Below are positions 29,205 to 39,646 of a stretch of 64,000 nucleotides of DNA, piece by piece (position 1 is the stretch's first letter; every line of letters begins with the position of its first letter). The stretch comes from a virus (Duplodnaviria; Caudoviricetes): positions 1 to 64,000 of the IMG/VR virus record IMGVR_UViG_3300013121_000034. One strand, 5' to 3'. The translations under genes were made by a program, and so were the position numbers. Below the pieces are notes generated by a model, which had not been told where the DNA came from, searched no databases, and saw nothing but the letters and a program-made list of their open reading frames with translations.

Positions 29205-29618
29205 GTGGACGAGACGACACAAGCGTTGATTCGCACACAACAAGCAACTATCCGCAATTTGCGCAGAGAGTTGGACGAAAAAGAACAGGCAAATAACGTT
29301 GTCTGGCGGCGACTACATGCCGTTGAATCTGAGAACGTGCGGTTGGAAGCACGTGTGTTGGAATTGCTCGGATCGAACAACAACTACGTGACTGAGAATC
29401 GTCGCCTTATAGCAGATCATGCTGCGCAGAATGCACAACACGACGAAAACTTGCGCGTGCTAGGACGCAAGCTGGACAACATTTCGCACAACATAGAGCA
29501 GCACTTGCCAAAAGATGTGTTGAAGCGTTTGACGTGGCCGAAAATCATAGACGGCGGTGAGAAAGGCGTGTCTGCGATTATGGAGCGCCCTGCCGCTACG
29601 CCTGCCAAGCCTAAGTAA
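29205..29618 (+). CDS. Coiled-coil hypothetical protein
   Basis: Heptad-rich sequence; GAGG RBS. Confidence 0.6.
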   Translation: MDETTQALIRTQQATIRNLRRELDEKEQANNVVWRRLHAVESENVRLEARVLELLGSNNNYVTENRRLIADHAAQNAQHDENLRVLGRKLDNISHNIEQHLPKDVLKRLTWPKIIDGGEKGVSAIMERPAATPAKPK

Positions 29619-29633
29619 ATACGTCACGGCACC

Positions 29634-31976
29634 ATGCATACTTTATCGAGGTTGCGTTTACGCGACCTATTGATGTATCGTGAAGTCGATATTCGATTCA
29701 CTGCGCCCGTTTACACGGTGCGTGGATTGAATCGCGACCGCAAGCAGCGCAATGCAGCAAACGCAGCAGGCAAGACGTTTCTTTTTGCGACGTTGCCGAC
29801 TGTGTGGTACGGCGCGCCTCCAACGTCCTCACGCAAAAATACAGCCAAGTCGATTCACGGTAAGGGTAGCCTTATTGAAATAACGACGCGCGATAACGAC
29901 GGTGAAAAAGTTGTTGTGTCGCAGGCGTCGACGGGCCGCTCGCTCAAAATGGAAATCAAGAGCAAGGGCCGCACCTATGATTATCGTGAACTGAAACGTG
30001 CAAAAGAACACGTCGAGCGGTTGATTCCAGCAACAGAGGATCAGTATTACGCGTTCAATATGATTGCGACGCGCAAATTCCATCCGTTGCTAGATGGCAA
30101 AGCCGATCAACGCTTTAAGTTCTTCGAAGGCGTGTTCAACATGAACATGCACGACGCTGTTTTTGAACGGCTGTCAGAAATTCACAGCAACATGCGTGTG
30201 TCGGTAGCGGCACTCAAACGGCAAGAGGAACGCTATGCTCAAGAGAAAAAAGATAGTGAAGCCGAAGGCCACGTTAACCTCAAATCAGCGAAAGCTGAAA
30301 AAGCTTCTTTATCGCAGGCATCCAAAACCTATAGCGAAAAACACACTGCGGCGATGCGCACAGCCCAAGCCGCTTCCACCTATCTTTCTGTCGTTGGAAG
30401 CGATTCGACGGACGGCCTTGATGTTAAGCGGATTGGGAACGTCCTTGAAGGAACAGAGGCACGTCGTAAGTATATTAAAGCACAACTATCCCAAGCCCGT
30501 GAAGCAGAAGCCAAAATTGAAGCGTCTTCCGACGCGCGCAGACAGAGAGACAAGCTTAAGGCGCGCCTCAAATCGGATTTTTCGACCGTCGATACGGGGA
30601 TACTGACTGAAAAGAACGAGCGCAACGTCGGTTTGATCGGAGAGTTGCGACGCGCATATACGAAAGCGAAAGAAAAACGTGCGCTCGCAATGGAGGCGAT
30701 CAGCAGAACGCCGCTCAAGCGTATGCGCGATGAATTGGGCGACGATTACGTCAAAGGCGCTACCAAAAAGAAACAAGAGGAAGCACATCGACGTATGATC
30801 GTAGCGGCCTCGCAGCTTTCACGTCTTAACGACGTGAAGGTCGATGAAGATGGTCAATGCACGATTTGCGGTTCGAAGGTATCCAAGGCGCATATTCGCG
30901 AAGAAAAAGAAAAGTGGTCGGCCAAATACAACAGCGCGCGGCTGTCTGAACGTGCATTGCGCAAGTCGCTCGATTACAAGCAAGCCAAGGACGACGTGTT
31001 TGAGGCTGGTGAAATCGGCGGTCGTTGTTTCAAACGCATGGAGCGCATAGAGGCTACGATTAGAAAGCTGGACAAGCTGCGTCATCAAATGGAGCGTGCA
31101 CGCGAGAAACGTAGCCTTGAAAAAGAATTGTCGAAGCTGGTCGTGCACGACATTGAACCGCCCAAGGTGTCGTCGAAAAAACTGGAGGAACGGCTAGAAG
31201 CGGTCGATGATGAAATCCGAGAGTTGGAACGGCGTATGCGTTTGGCGCAGGCGATTGCCAGTTTGGACAAATCGTTCGACTCTGCGGAAGCAGCACGTGA
31301 GGCGCGTAAAAAAGCACGCGAACGTGTCGAGAAATATGCGAAGCTATCCGAGAAAACGCAATCCAAGCTGGACAAAATAACGACACAGATCATGGAGGCG
31401 GAGGCGGCGCGCAAGTCGCTTCGCACGTTAGAGCAACAGATCGAAGCCGACAAAAAAGCAACGCGGGATTTTTCCGTGTATGAGGGCTTGCGCGAGGCTT
31501 ATGGATCGCGCGGCATTCGTTTGGAGCAGATCGAAGGCTACGCAAAAAAGTATATCAACAACCTCAACGCCATTGCGCACCTGATGTTTTCTGAGCCAAT
31601 CGAGTTTTCTTATCGCATCGCCAAAAACGCGTTCGACATTCTCGCGCAACGCAACACACGCGGCGGTGAAGCGAAAGACGTGAGTTCACTATCAGGATCG
31701 GAGGCAGGAGCGTTCAAGGCGTTGTCCGTTTTGGCGCTCATGCCGTTGCTTCCTTCCAGCAAAAGATTTGGCTTCATCATATTTGATGAAATCGAAGCCA
31801 ACATGGACAAGCCGACGCGTGAGTTGCTCGTGCGCGAATTTCTGCCGGTGCTGACGAAAGTGGTGCCGCTCGTCATTTTCATTACGCCTAAAACCAAATC
31901 GGAATTTTTGGTGCCACGTTCGCGTGAGTTGCTTGTTACGAAAAAGAATGGCGTGGCGACGGTAACGGAGGGCTGA
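29634..31976 (+). CDS. Rad50/SbcC-like ATPase (gp46-like)
   Basis: Walker A NAAGKT, coiled coil with central CTIC zinc hook, signature LSGSE, Walker B IIFDE. Confidence 0.9.
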   Translation: MHTLSRLRLRDLLMYREVDIRFTAPVYTVRGLNRDRKQRNAANAAGKTFLFATLPTVWYGAPPTSSRKNTAKSIHGKGSLIEITTRDNDGEKVVVSQASTGRSLKMEIKSKGRTYDYRELKRAKEHVERLIPATEDQYYAFNMIATRKFHPLLDGKADQRFKFFEGVFNMNMHDAVFERLSEIHSNMRVSVAALKRQEERYAQEKKDSEAEGHVNLKSAKAEKASLSQASKTYSEKHTAAMRTAQAASTYLSVVGSDSTDGLDVKRIGNVLEGTEARRKYIKAQLSQAREAEAKIEASSDARRQRDKLKARLKSDFSTVDTGILTEKNERNVGLIGELRRAYTKAKEKRALAMEAISRTPLKRMRDELGDDYVKGATKKKQEEAHRRMIVAASQLSRLNDVKVDEDGQCTICGSKVSKAHIREEKEKWSAKYNSARLSERALRKSLDYKQAKDDVFEAGEIGGRCFKRMERIEATIRKLDKLRHQMERAREKRSLEKELSKLVVHDIEPPKVSSKKLEERLEAVDDEIRELERRMRLAQAIASLDKSFDSAEAAREARKKARERVEKYAKLSEKTQSKLDKITTQIMEAEAARKSLRTLEQQIEADKKATRDFSVYEGLREAYGSRGIRLEQIEGYAKKYINNLNAIAHLMFSEPIEFSYRIAKNAFDILAQRNTRGGEAKDVSSLSGSEAGAFKALSVLALMPLLPSSKRFGFIIFDEIEANMDKPTRELLVREFLPVLTKVVPLVIFITPKTKSEFLVPRSRELLVTKKNGVATVTEG

Positions 31977-31977
31977 C

Positions 31978-32943
31978 ATGTTCAAGGTGTACGGCGTTTG
32001 CAGCCTACCGCCTGAGTTGATCGTCAAATTTTTGAAGCGAGCCGCGCGCAAGTCGAAGGCTAACATAAAAGTGTGGGTGCCGGGGCGTAAGCTGGTTGAG
32101 AACGATGTTGTCGTTTTTATGGGCGTCGAAAGCTTCCAATCGGTGTTGCGGCAAACCATGCGCGACAAGTTGGTATTCACGCCCGTAATTATGGACGCCG
32201 CACTTAATTTGAGCCTGCGCAATTTCGAAATCCTCGACGTGAAACGAAACGTACTCGCGGAGGAAGTCGCCAATATCGTAATGCGTGGTCGCAACATTCT
32301 ACCCAACACAAGCTTTTTCCCATTCAAGCGCGACAAGCCCATTTACGATCTGATAGAGGAAACCCAAAAGACGTCGCGGTTCCTCGATACATACTACACA
32401 CTTTTTTACACGCTACCTAAGCCGGTGCAGCCTTTCGTCAAAGAGATTGTGCTTAATTTTATGGTAGGGAGAACGAGTGAAGCGACGTTTGAATCCAAGA
32501 TAGCCAAATACATGCCTAAGCGTAGTGAGTCGCGTGCCAAGTTCGACAAGCTTCTCGCTATGGTAAAGGGAACGACAGGACAGCAATTGCGCATAGCGAT
32601 TGCGCGCGTTCTGAGCGGAAAGCAAACGGCGAAAGCCGTTGCAGAAAAAATGAGTCTGAGCGCGTTTGACATTACCTATTTCATCAAACTGAGCGTAACG
32701 AAACAAAAAGAAGATGTATTGGTAACACACGCTACTAAGCCGCAGAAATTACCGCAAACGAGTAAGGCAAAAGCAAATGTCAAAGGAACAGTTGGTCGAT
32801 CAAATCAAGCGAAACCTCCGAAACGCCGTGCGAACGGCGGCTCTGGAGTTGCGCGCTCTGATGGGAAAAGAACAAGCGGAAGACATGGTCGTGGCGCAGG
32901 TCGTCCTGCAATTCCCGGACGTGGCCGTCGTGCACGCGCCTAA
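31978..32943 (+). CDS. Hypothetical basic protein
   Basis: 321 aa ORF directly after the Rad50-like gene. Confidence 0.65.
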   Translation: MFKVYGVCSLPPELIVKFLKRAARKSKANIKVWVPGRKLVENDVVVFMGVESFQSVLRQTMRDKLVFTPVIMDAALNLSLRNFEILDVKRNVLAEEVANIVMRGRNILPNTSFFPFKRDKPIYDLIEETQKTSRFLDTYYTLFYTLPKPVQPFVKEIVLNFMVGRTSEATFESKIAKYMPKRSESRAKFDKLLAMVKGTTGQQLRIAIARVLSGKQTAKAVAEKMSLSAFDITYFIKLSVTKQKEDVLVTHATKPQKLPQTSKAKANVKGTVGRSNQAKPPKRRANGGSGVARSDGKRTSGRHGRGAGRPAIPGRGRRARA

Positions 32944-32987
32944 CGACGAAGACGGCACACCGTATCTAGGGGATATTGTGAACTGTC

Positions 32988-33659
32988 ATGGCACGCTTGA
33001 AAACGCTCATTGAATCGATAGCGTCGTCGCGCGTAAAAAAGATGGACCTGTCCTCGCGTAAAACCAAGGACACGCGCTCTATCAACGTTGCGACGACGCG
33101 ATTTCGTGCGATACAAATTATCACGTCCGATTTAGACGGCGTGGAGGATGGCGCTTTATCTGCGGCCACGTTTGCGGCGAATGTAACTGAGCGCGTGAAG
33201 GTCAAGAAAATCAGCGCAGACCGGGACGCGCTTAAAGATGCCATCAAGCGTGCTGATGTTGTGCTAATTGCTGGCGACTATCCGTTGCCTGTCAAAACCG
33301 GCAAGACTCCGATAATCAACCGCGCTCGTTTCGCATCTAATTACGCGACCAAAAAGAGCGTGCTGATGTATTACGTTGGCGAGCCTTATATGGTTCTCGT
33401 TGGCGGTCGCACGCCGCAATCTCTAGGGTTCACACTGTCGAATACTACGCCGCATCATTTGACGGCTAGGTTTGGCAGCGAAAAGATCGACGAGATTGTC
33501 GAGCGCAGATTTTTGCGTGTCGTTGTTGTTGGTCCCAAGCTATCCAACAGCAAGGACATTGCCGAAAGCCGTAAACGGTCGTCGGATTTTTTCACGGCGC
33601 TGCTAAAGGCTTTCTTGACGAAACCAACCCCTCCAGTTGATGAAGGAAAAGAACGATGA
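32988..33659 (+). CDS. Hypothetical protein
   Basis: 223 aa ORF, ATGA-coupled to next gene. Confidence 0.65.
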   Translation: MARLKTLIESIASSRVKKMDLSSRKTKDTRSINVATTRFRAIQIITSDLDGVEDGALSAATFAANVTERVKVKKISADRDALKDAIKRADVVLIAGDYPLPVKTGKTPIINRARFASNYATKKSVLMYYVGEPYMVLVGGRTPQSLGFTLSNTTPHHLTARFGSEKIDEIVERRFLRVVVVGPKLSNSKDIAESRKRSSDFFTALLKAFLTKPTPPVDEGKER

Positions 33660-34177
33660 CTGACGGAAATGCAGCTAATGGCGTCGCGGCAGCTATTAGC
33701 GATGATACTATGGCGAGTGCAGCTTTGGCAGCCGCAGCCAAAGAAAATGAGCGCGTGTCGTCGGTGAAAGCGACAAGCGACGACGTAATTGAAATCGTTC
33801 GCCAAGACGCGCCAGCAGCGGAGGCTCAAAAAGCACCTACGGTTCAGGACGGCACCGCAGAGCAGGCCGTCGGTGCAGCTGATGAACCGACACAAAACGA
33901 TCCCAACCCGGATGCCTCAGAGGAAAAGACGATCCCGCCAAACTTTTTCCAAGTCGCGCGTTTTGTCGTGTCAGCGGCGGCGATCAGTCAGGACGATTTG
34001 AACGAAATGGTGAAACGCCTCGTTGCGCTGACCAAACAAATTCGCGCCGACTCCGGTTTGGAGCAGACGCCGAGCATTCGCGTCGAGGTTTTGCAGGCGA
34101 ACGGTCAGCTTGTGAAACATGAGGTTCTTTACGTTCCCGAGAAACTTGGCGGCGGCTATCGCACTACGCAGGTCTGA
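33656..34177 (+). CDS. Hypothetical protein
   Basis: 173 aa ORF. Confidence 0.65.
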   Translation: MTDGNAANGVAAAISDDTMASAALAAAAKENERVSSVKATSDDVIEIVRQDAPAAEAQKAPTVQDGTAEQAVGAADEPTQNDPNPDASEEKTIPPNFFQVARFVVSAAAISQDDLNEMVKRLVALTKQIRADSGLEQTPSIRVEVLQANGQLVKHEVLYVPEKLGGGYRTTQV

Positions 34178-34225
34178 AAATCATGCCCGGTCGATTTGAC
34201 GATTCTCTCATAGGCATTTTGTGTC

Positions 34226-34909
34226 TTGTGTTGCTCGCTTTCGCTGTGTGGGCGGTTCTTTCGCTCATGCAGAAGCGAAGGCAGAAACGAGAGCGTGAGA
34301 TTCGACCGGAACACGAAATGGATTTTGACCGGGACGTTTACGTCAATCCGGCCAAACGCAAATAGGTTAGCTTCTGTGAGCGAGAAAAAAGATTACACCA
34401 CGCCGGAACAACGCGAGTTCATGGCGTGGCTGAAACCCGAGTCGTTGAAGCACGAAGACGGGCGCATCAAAACATTCCCCGCCCTGACGTATCTGTCGCG
34501 CAATAAACTTGTGATTCGCGCGCCGAAATTCCTCATGGATTTTTGGACCAATACGGTTGTCGGTATGGGAATGACATTTCCACGCGTGTATAAGTTCGAT
34601 CCCAAGGTCATGTATCCGCTGGTCAATGATGAAGATTCGCAGCCGATGCACATTCATATCGTCGCCGACAATTTGATGCGTCTTGGCGAAAACAACGTGT
34701 TCGGACATTTAATGTCCAGCCTTGTGCAATCCGTCATGCTCAACCAACATAGCGGCCTACTCGACAACTTTTATTCCGATGATGTTGTCATGGTAAAAAC
34801 TGCCGACAGCAATCGAATCGATATCGATTTGCCTGTCATGATGTGGCAATTGCGCGCCGTGAATGATAATCCACCCGGCCCGCATCTTATTAATGGAGAA
34901 CGCACATGA
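34226..34909 (+). CDS. Hypothetical protein
   Basis: True start probably GTG near 34376. Confidence 0.55.
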   Translation: MCCSLSLCGRFFRSCRSEGRNESVRFDRNTKWILTGTFTSIRPNANRLASVSEKKDYTTPEQREFMAWLKPESLKHEDGRIKTFPALTYLSRNKLVIRAPKFLMDFWTNTVVGMGMTFPRVYKFDPKVMYPLVNDEDSQPMHIHIVADNLMRLGENNVFGHLMSSLVQSVMLNQHSGLLDNFYSDDVVMVKTADSNRIDIDLPVMMWQLRAVNDNPPGPHLINGERT

Positions 34910-35283
34910 CTGAGGTTGTGCATGTTGTAACTGTGCTGAACGTCGACATTTCAGCTATCAAAGGCTCTGGCGCATTCATTCTCGAATATGCGACGAAGCC
35001 AACTGTCAAAGTTTACGCCGATGCAAAATCGGCGGCTGATTATGCACGCGAGCGCATCGAAGCGGTCGAAAAGGCAGACGGCTATAAAGAACATAGGCCC
35101 GCTGTCCGCGTGATGCACGACGTTGAGCGCGGCCTTGTTTCGGAAACGACGATCTATCCCGAGAGCTATCTCAAGGCTGGATTTTTGCGCGTGACGCATA
35201 CGGCTGAACTCGTTTGGCGCGATCCGCCGCATTTTGGTCCTGATGAAAGCACGCGCATGAAGACGCGCGCTGGTGGAGGTTGA
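34906..35283 (+). CDS. Hypothetical protein
   Basis: GGAG RBS and ATGA coupling. Confidence 0.65.
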   Translation: MTEVVHVVTVLNVDISAIKGSGAFILEYATKPTVKVYADAKSAADYARERIEAVEKADGYKEHRPAVRVMHDVERGLVSETTIYPESYLKAGFLRVTHTAELVWRDPPHFGPDESTRMKTRAGGG

Positions 35284-36097
35284 TATGTCGCCTATTTCTG
35301 AACTGCTCGCATCGTTGCCGCGTGCGCGAAACTTTGCCGAATTTGTCATGGCAGACAGATTTCTCGGTAAGCATTTCCAGTGTGCCAACGAGGAAACCAT
35401 CCTCGCCGCTATGGATGCGATGACAGAAATCTGTCAGGTGTGTTATCGCAGGCAACCGGAGGACAGACCGCTATCGCCCTTCACTATGCGACCGGGCTTA
35501 ATGGAATTTGGTTCTTGTTTGGTCTGCGATAAATCACGCCCGCATATGTGGCGCGAAGGCTCTGCGCATCACAAAAAGCAATTCGACATTACGATGCTCG
35601 AAAATCGCACTATGCTCCTGTTGCAGATCGCCGCTTACAATCTGCACCTTGTCTTGCGCGATAATCTGCGCCTCACGACGCAGGGTGCGTGTGAAATCGT
35701 TTTCAACGCCGCTACGCTTCAAAAGGCACGTGAAACTTTTTACAGTGTGTTCTGCGAAATGATTTCGGTTTCGCCGTGGTTCATGCGTTACCATGAATTG
35801 CTCGACGACATTGAGCGTATTACGCGCACGCCCGTTTACAACATCGATGCAGGCATGGCTGTTTATCACAACGTCGGTGTAGTTATCCATTGCGGTTTGA
35901 CGCGTATAGAGCAGCTTCGCGGACACACGAATTTGCTTGTGTTGATGGATGCTATCAACGCAGATAAAGCGCGTCGCGAAGACATGCATAGCACCATAAG
36001 CAAATCGTTGATTGCGACTACAGCAGCAATGGAAGAAAACGTGTATTCGAAAGGAAAAACGACGGGGCCGGTGCCTATGTTCGTGCACTCCTACTAG
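35273..36097 (+). CDS. Hypothetical protein with CxxC pairs
   Basis: CQVC...CLVC; GGAGG RBS before MSPIS. Confidence 0.65.
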   Translation: MEVDMSPISELLASLPRARNFAEFVMADRFLGKHFQCANEETILAAMDAMTEICQVCYRRQPEDRPLSPFTMRPGLMEFGSCLVCDKSRPHMWREGSAHHKKQFDITMLENRTMLLLQIAAYNLHLVLRDNLRLTTQGACEIVFNAATLQKARETFYSVFCEMISVSPWFMRYHELLDDIERITRTPVYNIDAGMAVYHNVGVVIHCGLTRIEQLRGHTNLLVLMDAINADKARREDMHSTISKSLIATTAAMEENVYSKGKTTGPVPMFVHSY

Positions 36098-36118
36098 AAC
36101 TTTTTATCGGGGCCTTTC

Positions 36119-36508
36119 GTGTATCAGCTACCGCTGTTTGGACACTCATATTCACGTTATGCGTATTTGTGTGAACTGCATCGCTACATCGGGGGCGGCG
36201 TCGAACTGACCAAGGCGCTATACGCGTTGGTTGCTGGCGTTGAACGCATAAAAGTGTTGCCGCAAGATTATCAAAGCCTGTGGCGCAACACCGATCACGC
36301 GACGCAGTATTTGATCGTGCGCATGGCGTCTACCTATATGGTGCCTTCCGATCATGCCTTCGAACAATTTCATCGCGACACGCCTGAGAGAACTTTGCAC
36401 GCTCCCGAATATTACCGTGTTCTGAAAGAGAAAATCACTGAATGGGGCGTTCTGTCCATCGAGGACCAAGTCCGTCTAGGCATTCGCAAAACCGATGCGA
36501 AGGAATGA
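36119..36508 (+). CDS. Hypothetical protein
   Basis: 129 aa ORF. Confidence 0.55.
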   Translation: MYQLPLFGHSYSRYAYLCELHRYIGGGVELTKALYALVAGVERIKVLPQDYQSLWRNTDHATQYLIVRMASTYMVPSDHAFEQFHRDTPERTLHAPEYYRVLKEKITEWGVLSIEDQVRLGIRKTDAKE

Positions 36509-36511
36509 AAA

Positions 36512-37480
36512 ATGCAAACGTCACGCATGGACGCGCCTGAACGCGTAACTTATGACGATTGGATTTGTGTGCGCGCGGGCCGCAAATTCCATTTCGAAAA
36601 TGTGAGTCCGAGCAGCATACGCTTGCAGGATATTGCGACGGCGCTAGCACGCATCGCACGTTATGGCGGACACGGCGAGCGCAAATATACGGTCGGCGAG
36701 CATTCTTTGCGCGTGCATGATGCGATCTTGGCACACATTATCGAAACAACGTGCGAGAAAGACATTCTCGGCCAACGGTTGACGCAATATCAAATTCAAA
36801 CGTGCCTTCACAACGCCTTATTGAAGGCGGCATCCACGCTGTATTTCGCACTGATGCATGATGCTGTGGAAGCTTACATCGGTGATAAAGTCGCGCCGCT
36901 CAAACAATATATGGGTGATTTCAAAGCGAAGGAAAATCAAATCGAAGCGGTCGCCGCAAAAGAGCTGAAATACGATGGCGACAACAATATCGACCATGCG
37001 CTTGTGAAGCAGTTTGATCTGCGCATGTTGCGAACGGAGAAGCTGCAACTGTTGCCGTGGTATCCAGAGGACGCATGGCGCAACGACCATTTGGATATTG
37101 TAGAATCGCAGTGGCGTTTTGAGCCTGAGAAAAAACCGTTCCGCGCATATCGTGCCACGCGCACCGAAACCGAAGACAAAGTTCGCACGTATTTTTACGA
37201 GCGTGCAAGAGCCTATCAGGAGTTTATGACGACACTGTATATACGGAAACATCATTTCGATGCGTATGACGACGTGATGGCGGTGTCGTTGCGCCAGCTT
37301 ATTGCGAGCCTGTATTCTGCGCCAGTGAGGCGTTATTTGCGCGGCGTTTTGAGGCGTCACGGAGTCTCGGACAAAATAGTCGTCCATTTTCCGGTCCCGG
37401 TGGTGCCGTTCTGGCAGCGGGTAAAAAGATCGTGGGGCTTCTACCCTTACACGGTCATGGCTTGGGGCTCTAACCTCTAG
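36512..37480 (+). CDS. HD-domain phosphohydrolase (YfdR/YfbR-like deoxynucleotidase)
   Basis: DIATALARIARYGGH, YTVGEHS, ALMHDAVEAYIGD, DLRMLRTE. Confidence 0.88.
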   Translation: MQTSRMDAPERVTYDDWICVRAGRKFHFENVSPSSIRLQDIATALARIARYGGHGERKYTVGEHSLRVHDAILAHIIETTCEKDILGQRLTQYQIQTCLHNALLKAASTLYFALMHDAVEAYIGDKVAPLKQYMGDFKAKENQIEAVAAKELKYDGDNNIDHALVKQFDLRMLRTEKLQLLPWYPEDAWRNDHLDIVESQWRFEPEKKPFRAYRATRTETEDKVRTYFYERARAYQEFMTTLYIRKHHFDAYDDVMAVSLRQLIASLYSAPVRRYLRGVLRRHGVSDKIVVHFPVPVVPFWQRVKRSWGFYPYTVMAWGSNL

Positions 37481-37512
37481 CCTTTCTGAGCCTTCCTAAA
37501 TCCCCTATCGAC

Positions 37513-37577
37513 TATAGGACCGTGTTCCTAGATTTTCGGCTCAAAAACGGGCCGGGGATTAGGAACACGTACCTATA
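37513..37577 (+). repeat. Long imperfect inverted repeat
   Basis: TATAGGACCGTGTTCCTAGATTTTCGGCTC ... GGGCCGGGGATTAGGAACACGTACCTATA, about 30 bp stem. Confidence 0.8.
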
Positions 37578-37606
37578 AATTCGGCCATTTTTGGCCTTTG
37601 GTGGGG

Positions 37607-37636
37607 TTGACAGGGGTCGGCGAATCATGCTAGAAT
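37607..37636 (+). promoter_or_regulatory. Host sigma70-type early promoter
   Basis: TTGACA-N18-TAGAAT with extended -10 TG. Confidence 0.75.
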
Positions 37637-38062
37637 GGTCGGGGGACCATATCCCGAAGGATGACGGGTGCCCTAACAGTCTGCGGATTCAACGCGACGC
37701 AAAGAACGCGGACTGTTCAAACGCAACGGAGCATGTGCATGAGCAAACGTGAGAAGTCTGCGAAATCGAAGGCCAAGGTTGCGACCGGCGGCGAACGGCG
37801 CGTGATCGCGCGAAAGGATGGGCGAATCGAGTTTGGCTTTCCGCCGCCGCCTTTCGTTTCCGCCTTCAAGCAATTCGGCGGCTATGCGCGCGGATCGAAG
37901 CTGTATCTCGCCAATCTCGGCGTGCTGTGAATGCCGAAAAGATCGCACGCGTTTTGCGTGCTGCGAAACGCGCAGCGAGCGCGTGCAACGCCGAAGCTGA
38001 AAAGCTGAAAGCGTTTTTGACGGACTAAAATGTCCGCGTGAAATTCGAATGTGTGGAATGCG

Positions 38063-38092
38063 AAGGGGCCGAAAATATTTTCGGCCCCTTTT
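38063..38092 (+). terminator. Palindromic stem-loop of the AGGGGCCG family
   Basis: AAGGGGCCGAAAATATTTTCGGCCCCTT perfect 28 bp palindrome plus T tail. Confidence 0.7.
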
Positions 38093-38148
38093 CATGCGTC
38101 TTTATGAGCGCGTGCACGCTCATTCAACCAAACGGAGAATGTAACATT

Positions 38149-38985
38149 ATGCGTAAGAACTCGAAGACCGCTGCGAAGGCCAAGACGTCGACGTCGCTGA
38201 TCCCGTTCGTGATTTTGGCTCCCGCCAATTCCGAACTGGCGCGGGCGCTCGCGGCGATTCATGCCGGTTTCACGTCGCCCGACGTGAACACCGTGCACGG
38301 ACTGTTCAATCAGCTTGTGCCGGAAGGCGAGTCGTTCAATGTGCAGGCGAAGACCCGCAAGGATATGAGCCTGATTTCGGAGTCGTATTTTTCGGACCCC
38401 GATAATGCGGTGCATGTCGGCGACGACGACAACGACACCGGCGAAAAGAAGCCGCGCAAGCGTCGCGCCGCCGCCGATGAAGGCGACAACGCGCCGGATG
38501 ACGAGGACGAGGGCAAGCCTTCGCGCAACAAGCGTCGCGCCGCTGCCAACGACGACAACGATGACGACAACGATGACGACAACGATGGCGACAACGGCGA
38601 CGACGAAACGCCTGATTTTTCGGGAATGAAGGCGTCGGAACTGCGCGCGTGGATTTGCGAGTCCGGCAATTTCAACCACGAAAAGGATTCGCCGGATTGG
38701 TCGGCGGATTGGCTCGCGCCCGACATTATCGCTGCGTATAAGGCGGCGGTGAAGGCGAAGGACGTCAAGAAGCAGGCGGCGTTGCTGCGCAAGAACGCCG
38801 AACGCATTTTCAGCGTTCAGACCAAGTGGGCCGAATCTGAAATCGACCTCGAAACGGCGGAAGGACGTGTCGAAAAGAAGGACGGCGATACGAATCTCGG
38901 TCGCGGTCGTCGCGGCGACGACACGAAGATCGCCCTTCTCGCTGCTCGCGCTGTCGCGGCGGGTTATGGGAAGCCCGCAGCGTAA
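38149..38985 (+). CDS. Hypothetical early protein with acidic low-complexity linker
   Basis: ACGGAGA RBS; DDN repeats. Confidence 0.75.
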   Translation: MRKNSKTAAKAKTSTSLIPFVILAPANSELARALAAIHAGFTSPDVNTVHGLFNQLVPEGESFNVQAKTRKDMSLISESYFSDPDNAVHVGDDDNDTGEKKPRKRRAAADEGDNAPDDEDEGKPSRNKRRAAANDDNDDDNDDDNDGDNGDDETPDFSGMKASELRAWICESGNFNHEKDSPDWSADWLAPDIIAAYKAAVKAKDVKKQAALLRKNAERIFSVQTKWAESEIDLETAEGRVEKKDGDTNLGRGRRGDDTKIALLAARAVAAGYGKPAA

Positions 38986-39008
38986 ACTGCGGACTACTCA
39001 AAACGATC

Positions 39009-39035
39009 AGGGGCCGGAGAAATCCGGCCCCTTTT
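39009..39035 (+). terminator. Stem-loop of the AGGGGCCG family
   Basis: AGGGGCCGGA-GAAA-TCCGGCCCCT-TTT. Confidence 0.75.
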
Positions 39036-39084
39036 CGTGCGTCTTATGCGAGTTGAAAATCTCGCTACAGGGAAAGGATTTTTA

Positions 39085-39318
39085 ATGAAAAAGGCAGCGG
39101 TTGCGGTCAGCGACAAAGTCCGCAAATCGAAAAAGGGAAAGCCGGAAAAGCTTTCCAAGCGCGAAGCCATCGCCAAGCTTGAAGCCCGCCTGATAGCGGT
39201 CGAGCAAAAGGTCGAGACCCTTTGGTCGTTCATGGATCGAACGCTCGAACGCCTCGCCAACGTCTTCGAAAAACCGAAGGCGACCGCCGCGAAGAAGGCG
39301 AAGACAAAGTCCGCATAA
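39085..39318 (+). CDS. Small basic coiled-coil protein
   Basis: AAGGA RBS; flanked by hairpins. Confidence 0.65.
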   Translation: MKKAAVAVSDKVRKSKKGKPEKLSKREAIAKLEARLIAVEQKVETLWSFMDRTLERLANVFEKPKATAAKKAKTKSA

Positions 39319-39327
39319 CGGAAAAGC

Positions 39328-39361
39328 TACAAGGGGCCGCGTTTATTTGCGGCCCCTTGTA
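39328..39361 (+). terminator. Stem-loop of the AGGGGCCG family
   Basis: TACAAGGGGCCGC-GTTTATTT-GCGGCCCCTTGTA. Confidence 0.7.
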
Positions 39362-39397
39362 TGCGTTTTATGCGAGTTGAAAACCACGGAGGATGAA

Positions 39398-39646
39398 ATG
39401 CGTTTGATTCAGAAGCCTTTTGATTGGGCCGACGTGAATGCGGTGAAGCGCCTTGCGCGGCGCATGGTCGCCAATCACGCATCGACCGCTGATGATTTGC
39501 ATGTGCGCGTGACGCGCTGCAAGAGCGGCAAGCATTCCATTTCAAAGATCGAAATGGGCGCGAAACCGACGCGCAACACGGTCGCCGATATTTGGTGGAT
39601 CGGCGAACGCGACTACACCGGCGAGGCGATGCAGCAGGCGGCGTAA
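39398..39646 (+). CDS. Hypothetical protein
   Basis: GGAGG RBS. Confidence 0.65.
   Translation: MRLIQKPFDWADVNAVKRLARRMVANHASTADDLHVRVTRCKSGKHSISKIEMGAKPTRNTVADIWWIGERDYTGEAMQQAA

Noticed and set aside
32777-33013. 78 aa ORF overlapping the 3' end of 31978-32943
   Set aside because: Looks protein-like and may be real, with the upstream gene's tail being a read-through extension, but I cannot decide from sequence alone.
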